Assembly (NCBI RefSeq): GCF_000142905.1
Contig: NW_013657655.1
Span: 186,001 to 250,000 of the forward strand
Direction of reading: 5' to 3'
DNA from: Thecamonas trahens ATCC 50062
Lineage: Eukaryota > Protista > Apusomonadida
Length of the DNA: 64,000 bases
Below the pieces are notes generated by a model. It saw nothing but the letters and a program-made list of their open reading frames with translations, searched no databases and was not told the DNA's origin. Shown here piece after piece: positions 21,817 to 35,855 of the stretch. A program made the translations under genes and the position numbers. Within the stretch, counting starts at the first letter, position 1; each line of letters starts with the position of its first letter.

Positions 21817-21885
21817 CTACGTCCAAGCTGCGTCCGAAGCATGTTGTTCACTTTGAGACGCGAAGCCATGCGTGCTACCGAGGTG

Positions 21886-24800
21886 TTACTGCTGCAGCTT
21901 CCGAACAAACACATCCAGTTCCAGTGCCGATTCGGACTCAATTCGCTGCTCCCCGAGCCCGTCGGCCGCGCGTCCGCTTCCGTGCAGGAGAAGAACAGCC
22001 GAGTTGGCGCTGTCGCGATCGATGCCAGCCACGGCGTGTCGCGCCACCACCCAGGTCGCACTGCGGACAGGAGTCGAGCCGCCGGCAAACGCCTCCGGAT
22101 CCGCGGCCTCCAGCAACGCACTCGGCACATCAAGCGCCACAACGTGCCGGCTTGTGGCAGCAACGACACGGACAACGTCCGACTCGTTGTTCGCCTTCTC
22201 TTCCCCCCTCGACTGCACTACCGCTACGATCCGATCCGGCCGCCGGCCACACAGCCGCCCACCGTCCACGGACCACACCAGCGCCTGGACGAGCGCCTCG
22301 CGAGCAGAGTAACACGCCACCACACCATGTGCGCCCAGCACTCGCTGCAGCCGCACCCGCACCACTGGCCGCACAAACGCTGACGAAGACAGCAGCCGCG
22401 ATGCCGCCACGCGACATCCCGCAGACGTCGCCGTCGCCATGTCCAGAATGCCCACCGCCGGCCGCACAACCGTGCCCAGTGCGCCGTGTCCGAGCCCACG
22501 AAGTGCTCCCCCTACGCCGCCCTCGCGGTAGCCAGTCAGCGGGCTGCGCACAAGCCCAGACGCGCCCTCAACCATCCCGCGCGCAAACAGCCCGGCGCCG
22601 AGCGCCATGCCATCCACAAACCCGCGCGGATGCACAGCCCGCAGTCGCTCCCGCGCCCGCACTCCCTCGGGCGCTGCTTCGCCCGGCGCCGCTACCACCG
22701 CCAGGCCCTTGGCCAGCGAGTTGGCAATCGAGTTGGCTGACGAGAACAGGCCCACCGACGAGTGCCTCAGGAATGAGAGTGCGCCACGGCTGAGCCCGCG
22801 CGCCACAGCCGCCGGCGAGACGGCGAGCCCGGAGAGCGGCTGCTGCACAAGGTCGGACAGCCCCTCCCGCAACGCCGTCACAAGCCCGGCAGGATTGCCC
22901 AGAAACTCGACAGCGCCTACAATCGAGAGCAGCGACCGCAGCAGCTCGCCCTTGTATGCGTCGAGCACCTCGGACGAGAGTCGCGACGGATCGGAGAGCT
23001 TATGAGTGTATGCAACGCTGCTCAGCTCCAGATTCGCCGCCTCAATGTTGAGCAGCGTCATGTCCAGCGCAGAGTACACCACGTCGGTCCAAGAGCTTCG
23101 TGTCACACCCTGTCCGCTCCGCGAACTGGCCTGCGCTCCGGCTTCCGCATCTGCAACTCGCAAGCCTTCGTTGCCCTGCTCAAATGTGACGTCGAGCGCG
23201 AGCGCGTGAACCACAAGCGACTTAAAGTACATCTGCGCCGACGCCAGCCGGGCTGCGTGGAACGCATCGACATCAAGCCGCGGCGCCTGGACCTCGCCAG
23301 CGTGAGCCCACACTCTTGCTGCAGCTTGCTCCGCAGCCGCTCGGCCCTGCGACTCTGGCCAGAACGACTCCCACATCCATCCAAGCCCGGCTTGCAGCCA
23401 CTGCTCATCGATCTGGAGCGCGAGCCGCGCCACACGCACCGCCCACACATCGTAGTACTTGACCGCCATCCCCGCCCGCGACACGCTCACAATGTGCAGC
23501 GTCCGGAACGGTGCCTTACCGCCGCGCTCGCTGCTGGCCTCGCTCGAGCTCGCACTGCTCTTGGTCTCGCCATTGCGGCTCAACCCGACGTCGCCAACAC
23601 CCCACACTCGTAGCCGGCGAGCCTCCTGAGCCCGCCACGCCGCGCCGGCGCCGGGCGAAGACGCATCCACCACAGGCGCGAGGACCACTGGGTACCGCGC
23701 GAGCAGGTCCGGATCATCTACCTGGACCCAATCCACAGCAAGCTCGGTATCGGTCACGTCACCGGCTGTCTTCACCGCGTAGCTCACCTCGCCGAGCGTC
23801 ACACATCCGACTTCTAACCCGCGCCCGTTGACCAGCGAGACGACCACCGTCGAGAGGTGCACGTGCCCAACAGTCTCAGTCTCGGCTTCACCAACGTCAG
23901 AGACGCGCATGCTCTCGGACGCTGGATCAGCAGACACGTCGCGGAGCGAAAGCACATGCGTGAGCCCGTCGTCGTCGACCTGCACCACCGCAGCTACTGT
24001 CATCAGCGCCGCTCGCCCCTGTGCATCACGGGTCGTCAGCTCAACAAACTGCGGAATCGCAGATATCTCATCCATTGCAAACGTGTGCGGCGTCTCGTCG
24101 CCCTCCACCATCACCGCCAGCACGTGCGGGCCTCGCGCATCGTCCCACGCGTATCGCGCCTCGGCATGCGGGAGCACGCTCACTACATTCGACACGTGCG
24201 CCTGCCGCACACGGAGCATTTCGCTCGTTCCGTTGCAGATGCGCACAGGCCACTGCGCTCGTGGCACAATGTCCACCACTGCATACCGAGTCCCGTCCTC
24301 CACAGCAATCTCGATCTGGAGGACCGCAACCCGCTTGCCGACCCGCGAGTCGAGTACACGCTTGATCTTGACCAGGTGCGGCGCCCGTGACTCCAGCGCA
24401 TCCACCTCAACGCCAAGAGACCATGACCACCGCCCGCCGCCCTCGAGGCTAAAGCTCACCGCCTGCTGCGCCAACTCGCCGGCTGCACCTGCGGCCGCGG
24501 CATGGAGCGGAACCTGCGCCTGCGGCTCGATCCGCAACACCTGCCCGTCATCGCCGTACCGCACACAGAGCGGCACGCCTGACGCGTTGACCACCACCGT
24601 CCTTGGCACAAACGTCACTACACGCGTCAGCGAGCACGCGCTCGCCGCGCCGCCTTGCATATTGACCGAGATCCGCGAGACCCCGTCGCCAAGCACAAGT
24701 GCCTCACCGCTGACAGACTGTCGCGACACGTCCAAAACTGCAGACCACGTCTCGGTCCCAACAGGCCGCACCACCACGCCCGGGTGATGCGCCACCGTCG

Positions 24801-27800
24801 ACGGGGCAAACATTCGCACCCCGCTCTCCTTGGTGAGTGCTGCATCGACCTCGGCCACCCCACCGTTTGGGAGCAGCTCGCCGAGCTCGAGAGGAATTCC
24901 GCTTGCGTTAGCCATCCAGTACGGCGCATAGATGACCACATCATGCGTCACCGACCTCGCGTTGTTGGCTGCCTCGCCTGGCACACTCTCTTCACATCCG
25001 TACACGCTCCAGGCATGTACCAGCTCCAGCGTAGGCCCGCTCGGGAGCGGCAGCCGGCACGCTCCGGCCTTGACCAGCACCCGCGACACGCCTTCTGTTC
25101 CAGGCACAAACGGCACGGCCTTGGCAAGACTCGACTCGCTCCCGTGCACGTAGCCGAGCCGCGGCTCGAGCTCGGACCACGCCGTCCACTCGGCATCGCT
25201 ATCGCGCCCGTCGTCGCACTGGTCGAGTGAGAGTCGGAATCTAAAGTCCCCGCCATCGACCTCCAATAGCGGCACAGACTCGCCCGGCGCAAGCACTCGC
25301 GTCACCACTGGCTCACCACCCGTCGCGCTGCGGAACGACACAGCCACAGACAGCGGCAGTCCGTTGTGCACGACCATGGACGGCGCAAACGTCACCACAT
25401 GGTGTGGGTAGGGATAGCCCATCGAGGCCAGCTGTGCCTGTGGCGCGATAATCCCCACCACTTGCGCCTGCGTCTTGCCGAGCTCTACAGCCTGCGTCAC
25501 AGCGCTTGCATCCGCGTCCATCCACGACAGCGCCGTTTGGGACCACTCGGTCTTGGCCCCATCCGCCAGCAGGGCACGGACCCGCAGCGTCGCCTGGTAC
25601 GCGTACTGCACAGGCACGGCTGTCATGTCGCCTGGCATCAGAACCGGTAGCACAACGCCATCACCAAAGCCGACGTCAAGATGAAGCTGCAGTCGAACCG
25701 GCGAGGCGTTGGTCACCAGAACGCTCGACCGCACAACGAGCTCCTTGGCGCCATCGTCACGGACACGGACCGAGCACACCAGCCGATGGTCGACATCGTG
25801 GAGCCGCGGAGAGAGCGTGTACGCGCGGACCCCGACCGAGTCGATGTCCACGCCCTCCACCCTGCTCCACCCGCCGGCCACCTGCAGCGCCACGCATCGC
25901 CGCGCCCGATGCCGCGTCACCGGGAACCGGAACTGCAGCGACGCCCCATGCTCCAGGTCGAGCGCGTGGTCCGACGCCCGCACCCAGACCCGAACAGCGT
26001 GGCCCGACAGGTTGCGGACCGCATACGGTGCAAAGCCGGACGCAATGAGCGCGCTCGGCTCTGCGTCGGCGCTCTCGCTTCCAGCGCCGGACGCAAGTGC
26101 GGCAGCAGCTTGAATCGCCTCCATGCCGCTTGGCGAGATCGTGATCAAGAGCGGCGCACCTGCAAAAAGGCGCACAAACCGCGACGACGGTTGAGACCGC
26201 ATGTGGCACTCGACCTCAAACGCCCACCGCTCCACAAGCGGCTCCCACTCGGCAACAAGCGAGTTGAAGTGCTCCGCCGAAATCACGCCCGAGCCATGCA
26301 CGTTGAGTCCGCGAGTCCACGAGTCGGCAACCACTTCGACATCACTCGCTACAATCTCCACAATGTCGCGACACCGCGATCCAGCATCGTCAACGAGCTT
26401 GAATGAAGCCGAGACCAGTGCCAACCTTGCCTCTTCAACTCGTCGGATACGGGCAGGAGTCGGCACCGGGGCTTCCACCTCAGTCGACACTGGCGAGCTG
26501 TCCTTGCTCGCCCCGCCCAAACTCGCGAGCTGGTTCACGAGCGTCATGCACGTCCGCAGCTCTCGTGCCGTCAGCCGCACGTCCACTGCACGCGGAAAGG
26601 CCAGCTCGACCCGCACTGACCGGCCACGGTCGCGATATGCCGCGTTGATATCAAACGGCGAGACCATCGAGGTCTCTGAAGAGTGGGCCTTACCCATCCG
26701 TGTCACAAACGCCTCCAGCCCCGAACCCGCAACTTGCATGTTGCCCATGTGCCCGTGGCGGTTGTCCGTGATGCAAACCGCAGCAGCGCGCCACGTCGCA
26801 GCGCCAGCGCGAGCGCCACAGAGTGCTCTTCGGCAGGCGCCAAAACAATCGCAAGTTTTGGTCGCTTGATCGCGAGGGTGAGTTGCAACACGCTCGGCGA
26901 AGTGACCACCTCTGCCTCCTCTGGCTTGTATGCCTGGCCACTGGCACCGCCTATGCTCGGTGACGGCGGCGGGAGTCCCATGCCCGACAGCGACCGCGAG
27001 TCGATCCGGCGAGTGGTAGCGCTTCCAGAAGTGTCGCGCACATAGCCATCGCGCGCCTGTCGACGCAGCCTCTGCGTCATTGACCGCGGCTCGGCACCCG
27101 ACGCTACGGCCCGGCTCGTACGCTCGACGACCTCACTCCGCTCTCTCGCATTCGCGGCATTGGTACCGCTGCCAGAAGTGGTGGTCCCCGGCGCCTCGCC
27201 GTCGGCGTCTGGCACGTAGGCGAAAAACATTGCAAAGGCAAGAATGGCGTCGGGCACAATCGTGATGCGTGCCCCGTCGAGCTCGACACCAATCGTCGTG
27301 CCGATGCCGGGCGTCGACGAGACCGCAAGCGTGAGTTCGGGCGGCGCATCCTCATCCTGCGCTCCGGGCGCAATGAGTGCGCGGTGCTTCGAATCGGCGT
27401 CAGCGCGGGTGTCGCGGACCTCGATTGACCGGACCGAAACCTTGGCCGACGCAGCGCCAGAGGTTCGGCTCTCGAAATGGGCGGCAGTCTGGTTGATGGC
27501 CAGTGCGAGAATCGAGAGCGCAGCGTCGTCACACCGGGCTGCTCCTAGCTCCGACTCGTCCCGGAAGACCTCGAGCGAGACAAGGTTGAGGCTCAGTTCG
27601 CCCACCATCGCCAAAGCATCGGGCTTGCTCACATCAGCTGTAGCGCCCGTGTCGGACCGGTTCGACGCATCAGTCCGACCAGGTGGACCCGTAGCGGCAG
27701 GATGCCCATCGCCGCTCGGCCCCGTGTTCAGTCCCACCGATGACGCCGTTCCAGACGACGGCGAAGGCGGGGAGCTGCCAAAGTTCTCCGAGAGAACTGC

Positions 27801-30800
27801 CATGATTAGCGCGTACTCGGCGCGCGCAATGGTGACCTTGACGTCACCAAGCGTGGCACAAAGATGCGCCGGCGGCAGCTGCGCCGACGATGGGTCGTAG
27901 AGCGGCGATGTCAGCGCCACGCTCACATCCAGATTGGCAACTAGCTGACGGGTGAGCTTGCCAGCGGCGCCACCTTGGATGTTGACCTTGGAAAACGCGA
28001 CTGTCATGTACGAGGTGACCGCCGCAATGTCCGACGTCCTCTGCACTCCAGCAACGTCGCCGGCCTCACTGGCGTACTTAACCTCGACCTTGCTGCCGAC
28101 AGTGATTTCTCCAAGGTCAAGGAGAATGACTTCGTTCGACGCAGCTGATCGCGGGACAATAACTGTCGGCGAAGTGAGCTTGAGCGAGACAAGTGTGAGC
28201 GAGGGGAGGGCGTGCACGGCGGAAGGAGCCAAAGCAACGTCATCCTCGTCGACGACGTCCGATCGGCCGCCGCCCTCCACCCTCTCGACTGCTGCCCAAG
28301 CTGTGGCGCTCGACGAGCTGGATGCGAGTGAGCCGTCGCAGCTTTCGACCGAGTTGACTGTCGAGAGCGAGGCCTCGGCAACGTCAAGATCGGTTTCGTC
28401 GAGCCCGTCGGCTAGGAACTCGGGCATCGATGTGTCAGCGCCATGTGGCGAGGTGGCTGGTGTGAGGTGGCCAAACGACGTGTGCGGCGACGGCCCGGCA
28501 AGGCTGTCGACTTGTGGCGGTGTGAGCGCAGGCAGATACGCCGACGACAGCGCTGTGGACAGCGCTTGCACAAACGAGTTGATGACCACAATGTTGACTT
28601 TGCCACCGGTGACCGTAATCGTGGTTGCCGGCAGGCCATGGACCATGTGGGTCTGTAGGCCAAAGGTGACAGCGTCGTCGCCGCGGACGAAAACAATCTT
28701 GCGAAAGAGGCCTGCGGTCGTCGTTGTGTTGAAGAGAGCAAGCTCGCCGACCGAGCCGTCGACAACCAGCTCACCGGCAGAGAGCTCGGCGTACGCCCCG
28801 CGGGCGCTACCCAGGCGTGCCTCGGTGAGCGGTGCGTAGCCGTCACCGTCGACGCAAACGGTGAGGAGATCAAGCTTGGCCGAGACTGCCAGCTTGCGAC
28901 GGACCCGAGTGTCGCGCCCGACGGCGCCGCCGTCGGACTCGGCACCTCCTGGTGTGTGGTCGTCGTCGTCCGAGTACATGGTCTCTGTGGACGAGACATT
29001 TGAGTCGTCGTCGGAAGCCGTCTGGTCAGAGCCAACGACGACAGAGCGACGCCGAGGCACCGCCGGCGGGCGACTCGGGCTGCTTCGGGACGGTGTAGCG
29101 GCAAAGGCAACGAGCGCAGCCACGACTGGCGGGTTGAGGCTTAGCGCGAGTTGCGAAAAGTAGAGCTCGACGTGGGTGAGCGTAGCGTCATAAAGGCTGT
29201 CAAAATCGGGGTCGTCAGCGGCCGCGGTTGTCACCTTGATGTTGACCAGGTCCGAGCCGGAGCCGAGCGAGCTCTGCGCTCGAGTCGGAGACTGCGCCAC
29301 CAGCGATGACGCCACAAAGTAGTCTTGGCCGGTCTCGAGGGCGGCAGCCTTAACGTGATCAGCAATGGTGAGCGCGCGGAGCGAGAGGGTGAGCTTGGAC
29401 GCTGTAGCGGTCGCCGATGCCGAGACCACAAAGGACGAGAGGGTGAGTGAGATAATGCGTTCCTTGCGCGAGGCGGCCGCTAGCGTGAGCGTCAGCTCCG
29501 GCATGGTGAAACGAGCGACGTAACCAATGGCAGGGGCACCCGCAGGAGCGGGGCCGGACCTGCCTGCAGCGCGGGCGGCGGTCGGTTCGGAGCCTGAGCC
29601 GCCGCCAAATGAGTTGACCGACGGCAGCGAGATGGAGACGTTGCGGTTGACACGCGAGTGGGCGACACGGGCGGCGATCGAGTTCTCGTCTGGAAAGAGC
29701 GTGGTCGACGGCCCCTCTGCGAGGTTGTCAGTGAGGACAGCAAGAACGAGGTCGTACTGCGGCTTAATGATGGTCAGCTGGATAGGGTCGGACGAGCCCT
29801 CAATGTCAAAGGCTGGCATCTGGGCAGCAGCCCTAGCACCGGCAGCGTCGAGCGGGAGCGGTCGTGAAGCCGCGAGCGCAATGTCTATCGACTCGATGAT
29901 GCGAAGCGGCTCGTCGAGTGCCACCGAGGTGAGGTGCATGTTCGAAATGGCCAGCCGCCAGGTGTCGAGCAGGAGCCGCGACGACGAAGGCTTGAGCGAG
30001 TTGCTGACGGTAATTCGGCCCAGATCGGCAACAATGTGGGCTTTGCCGTGCGACGACCGCGGCATGACCAGTGTCGGCGATTGGACGACAATGTCGAGCT
30101 TGAGCTTGGGCGGCGGCGTAAATCGCTTGTCGCGCTTGGCCCGCGCACGGGCGCGGGCCACGGGAAGCGCGAGACTTGCAGACGCCGCTGACGAGCGCGC
30201 GGATACCGAGCCGGACGCCCGTGAGCGCGACATCGACGATGATGAGCCGGCCGACGACGGGCCAGCGGCGGCTTCGAGCAGCGGCGCCAGATACCGCTCG
30301 TGGTAGGCTTCGGCGGAAGCCACAAACCGCTGGAGAAAGACAAAGCGGATGGGCCGGACCGCGAGGGTGACTTCGATGTCGGGCGCGAGGTCGGGTGAGT
30401 CTGGATCAGCCGTCGAAGCCACGTACGATGCCTCGATGAGCGCAGGCGCGCCCACAGTGGCGGCCGCGCCCTCGAGAATGCGGCGCCAACGCCGGCCAGG
30501 AATCGAGTTGTCGACAAGAGCGAGGTCGCCGAGCGAAGCGTGAATCGATGTGGTTGACGGCGTCACCTCGTACCGCATGGCGGATGAGAGGACAGCGACC
30601 GAGACAAAGGTAGCGTCGCGGGTGTTGAGGCGGAGCGTGAGTGCTTCCATGTGAGCAGCGACCCGAATGGTGGCAGGAGTGGCTGCAGCGCTCGCTCGCG
30701 ACGGAGGCTCGTTTGCCGTGGCTGGTTCGTCAGCTAGCTCGACGGTCTCGCCAGCCTCGCTTGGCTCCCCTTGCTCATCGCCAGCAGCCGGCGCGGCGAC

Positions 30801-33800
30801 AGAGCCGAGGTTGACAAAGTCGAGAAGTGCAGCAAGCGTGGCCGGATTGAGCGAGAGATGGAGCTGATTGAACGAGAGGTCGACCGAGGTGGCATACGAG
30901 CCGTGGACAGCGGCAAAGTGTGGAGCCTTGGGATCAACGAGCGTCACCTCGATGTGAATGAGATGGACTTCGTCGGACTCGTAGCGCTCTGAGACGTCAA
31001 ACGAGACATTGGCAAGTGACGAGATGCCATGGACAGCCTTGGATGGGCGCGACGAGGCAAGGGTGCGGTGCGGAGACGACGCGAGTGCGTCGTGGATCTC
31101 GAGCGCCGAGAGCGTGAGCGCAATGCTAGTGTCGTACGGTCGAGTGTCATACGCGACTGAGAGCGACGACAGGTCGACAACAATGATGGGTCTGGGGCCC
31201 GACGGTGAGCCTGCGGCGAGCGTGAGGGCCAGGGACTGGATCTCGAAGCGGGCTACGAGCGAGGACCGATTCGCGAGGTCGGGCGACATGACCGATGATC
31301 GGCGCGAGCGCGACGGGGACGATGGTGGAGTGACTAGGGCAGTCTTGCGCGCTGCAGGCGTTGGCTCGGGCAACTCAACCGGGAGCTCTTCGTCGAGGTC
31401 GAGGAGTGGCGAAAGAAGTGGCTCTGCGGCAGGATCGTCCAGCGAGCTTGGAGGCGGTGGCGGCGCAATGGGCTCGGTGAGAGTGTCGAGCACGTTGTTG
31501 AGATTAAAGTAGTCGAGCGAGGTGAGGACGAGGGCGAGGCGCGGCAGCGAGGCGTCGACGACGGTCTGCGGCAACTGGGTCCTCGCCAGCATGCACGACT
31601 GGATGGTGACGTTGATATCGAACTTTTCGACAAGCTGGCCCGCGACGCCAGGCCCGGCCGGCGTTGCTCCTGCGTGGCTCGAGCCGGCGAGGTGAAGCGG
31701 GACGAGCATGACTTGCAAGGCGCGGAGGCGAAGTCGGTAGGTCTCGTATGACGGTGGGGCGGGCGAGTTCGCTGCCGACCGCGGCGAGGCTGGCGGGGTG
31801 ACATGACCACGGCGCGGCGACGGTGGTGCCGGTGGCGGGGTGGGGATACCAATGGCCGAGCTCGACGATGACGACAGGTCCGACTTGAGATGCAGCCTGC
31901 CAAGGTCGATGACAAGGGCGGGAGCGTCGGGCCTGCGATTACAAGGGATGACGATGTGGGGGGCCTTGATGTTGAGATGGAGGTCGAGGCGGAGGTGTGT
32001 GGCGAGGGCGGCCGCGAGCGAGTCCTGGGCTGCAGTTCTTAGCTCGGCGATGGACTGGTCGTACGAGGCGCGAACCTTTTCGAGGACAACGAGCTGGTGC
32101 GGAAGGGCCGCAAAGGCAGCGACGCGGCGAAGCGCATCTGGAGAGTAGAGAAGCTCGAGGTCTTCGGTAAAGACGGCGAGCGACCAGTCGACATCGTTGG
32201 AGGCAATCGGGTTCTTCTCCAGAGTCAGCGACATGATCTGAAAGTCTGTGTCGCTCCGTGTCGAGCGCGCTGAGAGAGTTGAGAGCGAGCGAGCTGCCGA
32301 GCCCGAACCCGAGGCAGCAAACTTGCGGGGAGCGACGAGGCCTGAGAAGCGCGAGGTGGCAGCAGCAGGGTCTGTGACCACGATCGAGTAGAGTGTAGCG
32401 TGGAGTAGGTACGAATCTGGCTGAGCTCGGGCGCGATAGTCGAGGAACAGGCCCTCAACGGCAACCGAGAGCATGTCTCGGCGGTCGTGAGAGAGGGCAA
32501 GCGAGAGCGAGGGCAGAGTGAGGGTGAGCTTGGTGGCCACGTAGTCGTGGGCGACGTCGGCAGCGGTGTGAGCGGCGGCGGCGGCCTCGTCGTAGTCAAT
32601 GGCCCGAAACAGCTGGCTTCGCTCCTTGTCGGAGAAATGAACTTGTCTGTGTGCTGCGGGAGCGGCGGGGCGCCGGGCGCCGAGTTTGCGCGCGAGCTGG
32701 TGATAGGACGAGCGGCAGCAGCCGAACCGAGGCCAAACCACGACGAGATGGAGGTGACCCACGAGCCCTGTGCGGCCTGTGCTGCGGCAAGCTGTTCCGC
32801 CTCTGCGCGGAGCTCTGCCCTTGCGAGCGAGCGGAAGAAGCGCAGGTCGTTGAGCGAGAGGCGAGACTCGAGCTCGTCGAGCTCGTCGAGCTCTTCGGGG
32901 TCGAGCGGCAGGCCGGTGCCTGAGCTTGCATAGACGCGGGCCTTGTGGAGCGCGACGTATGCAATGCGGTCGTGACGGCGCTGGACGAGGTAGGCCAGCG
33001 TGAGGCGCGAGTTGCGATCGGCGACGTCCTTGACGACAGAACGGATGGCATAGTGCCACCAGGCACGCGGGTGGGTGGAGGGCCGGAGCCCGCGGCGCGG
33101 GCGGAACTTACGATACTTTGCGGTCCGTGTGTAGGTGGAGAAGGCGTCGGTGACCTCCATGAGGGCCACGTACTGGGCGCGCGTGAGATGGAGGCTGATG
33201 GGGTCTGTACGAAAGTCGAGGGTGAGCTTGGGCTGACCCTGGTAGCGCTCGATGCGCTTGACGCGGGCCTTGGCCACGGCGTTGGTGGGAACGAGGACCC
33301 AGTGGAGGAGAGAGGGCGAGAGCCCTGAAGCTGCGACGGCTGCAGTCGGTGTGGACGGGCGCGGGGCAGCGCGTGATGGGCTGTGGATGAGGTCGAGGAA
33401 GGCAGATGCGCGCGGGCCGGGTGGCATGTCGGCGAGGCTCAGCTCATCGTCGGGATTGAGGTAGAGGGCAAGCGAGGTGAGTGAGGCGAGCTTGTGGAAG
33501 AAGGTCGACGACTGGTCCGAAATGAAAGACGGCTCCCAAGTGCCGTTAGTCGACTCGATGGCGACCGACTTGAGCGTGAGACCGGCGGAGAGGCGCGGAG
33601 CGCCTGGCCGCGAGACGGCATCCTCGTAGCGGATGTGGACGTTTTCGACGCGAATCTGAATGTTGTCGAGGACCTTGGTGACGAGCGAGGACATGAAGCC
33701 AGCCGATGCTGGGTCTGCGGCGTCTGCGGCGTCTGCGGCGGCGGCTGCAGCGGCGGCGTCGAGCGCGTTGAGCGTCTCGCGCTTGGCGCGCAGTGACGCG

Positions 33801-34114
33801 GCAGCCTCTGCGTCCTCATCGTAGTCCATCTGAGCCTTGGGCCCGCAGAGGACGAAAACGTCCTTGAGGACCAGTGTCACCGGTGAAGTCCAAAGCGTGG
33901 CGCCCCAGGGGATGTTGAGCTCGAGTCGACCGATCGAGCCGTGGAGGAGGACCAGCGGTAGGCCAAGGGCGTCGAGGGCCGAGGTCTTTAGCGTCAGGTC
34001 GTCGAGCGAGACCTGTCCAGCGTAGACATGAACCCGTAGGTGTTCCGGGTCGAGGTCCTCCACATACCGTCCGAGGGTCGAGGTGAGGACCCGGGAGACC
34101 AGGCTCTCGAACAG
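21886..34114 (-). CDS. VPS13: VPS13 lipid-transfer protein (~4,075 aa), apparently intronless; -1 breaks near 32635-32637 and 26719-26722; begins at CTG in this assembly
   Basis: Chorein-N (LFESLVSRVLTSTLGRYVEDLD...GSIGRLELNIPW...KVLDNIQIRVENVHIRYED) and AWWHYAI. WEPLVERW, VAB/SHR repeats (APYAVRNLSG, IYAPYWMAN). C-terminal VEFLGNPAGL/ATG_C region. Confidence 0.95.
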
Positions 34115-34169
34115 TGGGGGGGGGGAGAAGGAGAGGGAGGAGTGGTCGATCGGCTGGGGTGATGGGCCT

Positions 34170-34653
34170 NNNNNNNNNNNNNNNNNNNNNNNNNNNNNNN
34201 NNNNNNNNNNNNNNNNNNNNNNNNNNNNNNNNNNNNNNNNNNNNNNNNNNNNNNNNNNNNNNNNNNNNNNNNNNNNNNNNNNNNNNNNNNNNNNNNNNNN
34301 NNNNNNNNNNNNNNNNNNNNNNNNNNNNNNNNNNNNNNNNNNNNNNNNNNNNNNNNNNNNNNNNNNNNNNNNNNNNNNNNNNNNNNNNNNNNNNNNNNNN
34401 NNNNNNNNNNNNNNNNNNNNNNNNNNNNNNNNNNNNNNNNNNNNNNNNNNNNNNNNNNNNNNNNNNNNNNNNNNNNNNNNNNNNNNNNNNNNNNNNNNNN
34501 NNNNNNNNNNNNNNNNNNNNNNNNNNNNNNNNNNNNNNNNNNNNNNNNNNNNNNNNNNNNNNNNNNNNNNNNNNNNNNNNNNNNNNNNNNNNNNNNNNNN
34601 NNNNNNNNNNNNNNNNNNNNNNNNNNNNNNNNNNNNNNNNNNNNNNNNNNNNN
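34170..34653. other. Assembly gap upstream of VPS13
   Basis: N run. Confidence 1.
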
Positions 34654-34922
34654 GAGATTATTGAAATGAGCCCCGGTAGAATGGATTCACAGTTACTGAT
34701 GTGGACGGTTGGGGGCTGGGAGAGGGTGGGGTGGGGGGTCGTGATGAGGGGGGTCGCTCCGGGTGACGATGGCCAGGCTAGGGGCGGGCAGGTGGCGGGC
34801 AGGTGGCGGGCAGGTGATGGCCAGGTGATGGCCAGGTGGCGGCCAGGTGGCGACACGGCGGCGGCCAGGTGGTGGCGTTTCGCGGCCACACCCCACCCAC
34901 AGCCAAGTTCTCACAGGCCAAC

Positions 34923-35733
34923 ATGGACCAACTTCGGGCGGAACTGATGGCTGAGCGGCGACTGCGGGAGCGACTGCAGGAGAGAGTCCATGTCCTTGCC
35001 ATGGAGCTGGAGAATGCGCTCACCGAGCTCAATGGCTACAAGGTACGACTGCGGCGGGCGTGTGGCGTGTGGCGTGTGGCGCGGGTGGTGGCGCCAAAAC
35101 AGAGTGAATCTACTCCAGCCCCCAGCCGCACGCGAGAGACGGGAGGAAACAGTGGGCGCACGGGCATGGTGTAGTCATGAGTATTGGTGTGAACTCATGG
35201 GCATGGTGGGCGTGGGCGGGTGGGGCGTGCAGGCGGCCGAAGCTGAGACGGCGGCGGAGACGGCGGCGGAGATGCGGCCGCCGCCGCTGGCATGGGACGA
35301 GCTGCTAGTGGAGGACGAGGTGGCAGAGATGGACGAGCTGGTCGGCGGGCCAGGGCCGAGTCAGGGCACTGTGGATGAGCTAGACGAGCTGGATGAGGTT
35401 GGCAAGGATCTGTATGCGTCGATGGTCCGCGCAGCAGTGCTGTCGCAGAGCTTTGGTGTCAGCGGCAGAGTGCTGGACGACAGCAGTGAGGACGACGACG
35501 AGGATGTGGCCGACGAGCTCGGCTTTGTCTCGCCGGTCAAGACGTCGCAGAGGCTGGCTGTGTCGGTCGGGCTCGGTGCAGCGCCGTTTACGCCGACCAT
35601 CGAGTTTGGCGAGCACGCGCGCGAGGAGCTCCACGACTTGCGGCTCAAGTGCCATGCACAGCGGGTCGAGATGGCGACGATGGCAAAGCAGATGGAGGCG
35701 CTGCAGGCGTCAGCAACAGGTGTGGGCGAGTAA
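34923..35733 (+). CDS. Small acidic coiled-coil protein (~206 aa). Exon 1 34923-35042, intron 35043-35232, exon 2 35233-35733
   Basis: MDQLRAELMAERRLRERLQERVHVLAMELEN. Phase-0 intron AAG|GTACGA...GTGCAG|GCG. Second coiled coil EELHDLRLKCHAQRVEMATMAKQMEAL. Confidence 0.65.
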
Positions 35734-35855
35734 CAAGCGGGGCAAAAATGCTTTCTGTTATTTGATAACGATTAGAGTAGAGGGTGGTCTGTGTGTGAGA
35801 GTTGAGGGGGGAGGGGGGGGTCAAGGAGCGGGGCGCAAGCCTAAATTGAACGCGA

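Noticed and set aside
21886-34114. Calling VPS13, HUS1, phoD and similar genes pseudogenes or several separate genes
   Set aside because: Motifs are intact and colinear, with no in-frame stops once one base is added at each break.
34770-34875. GGCCAGGT(G)-type repeats as mobile element ends
   Set aside because: Degenerate simple repeat with no TIR pair, TSD or transposase.
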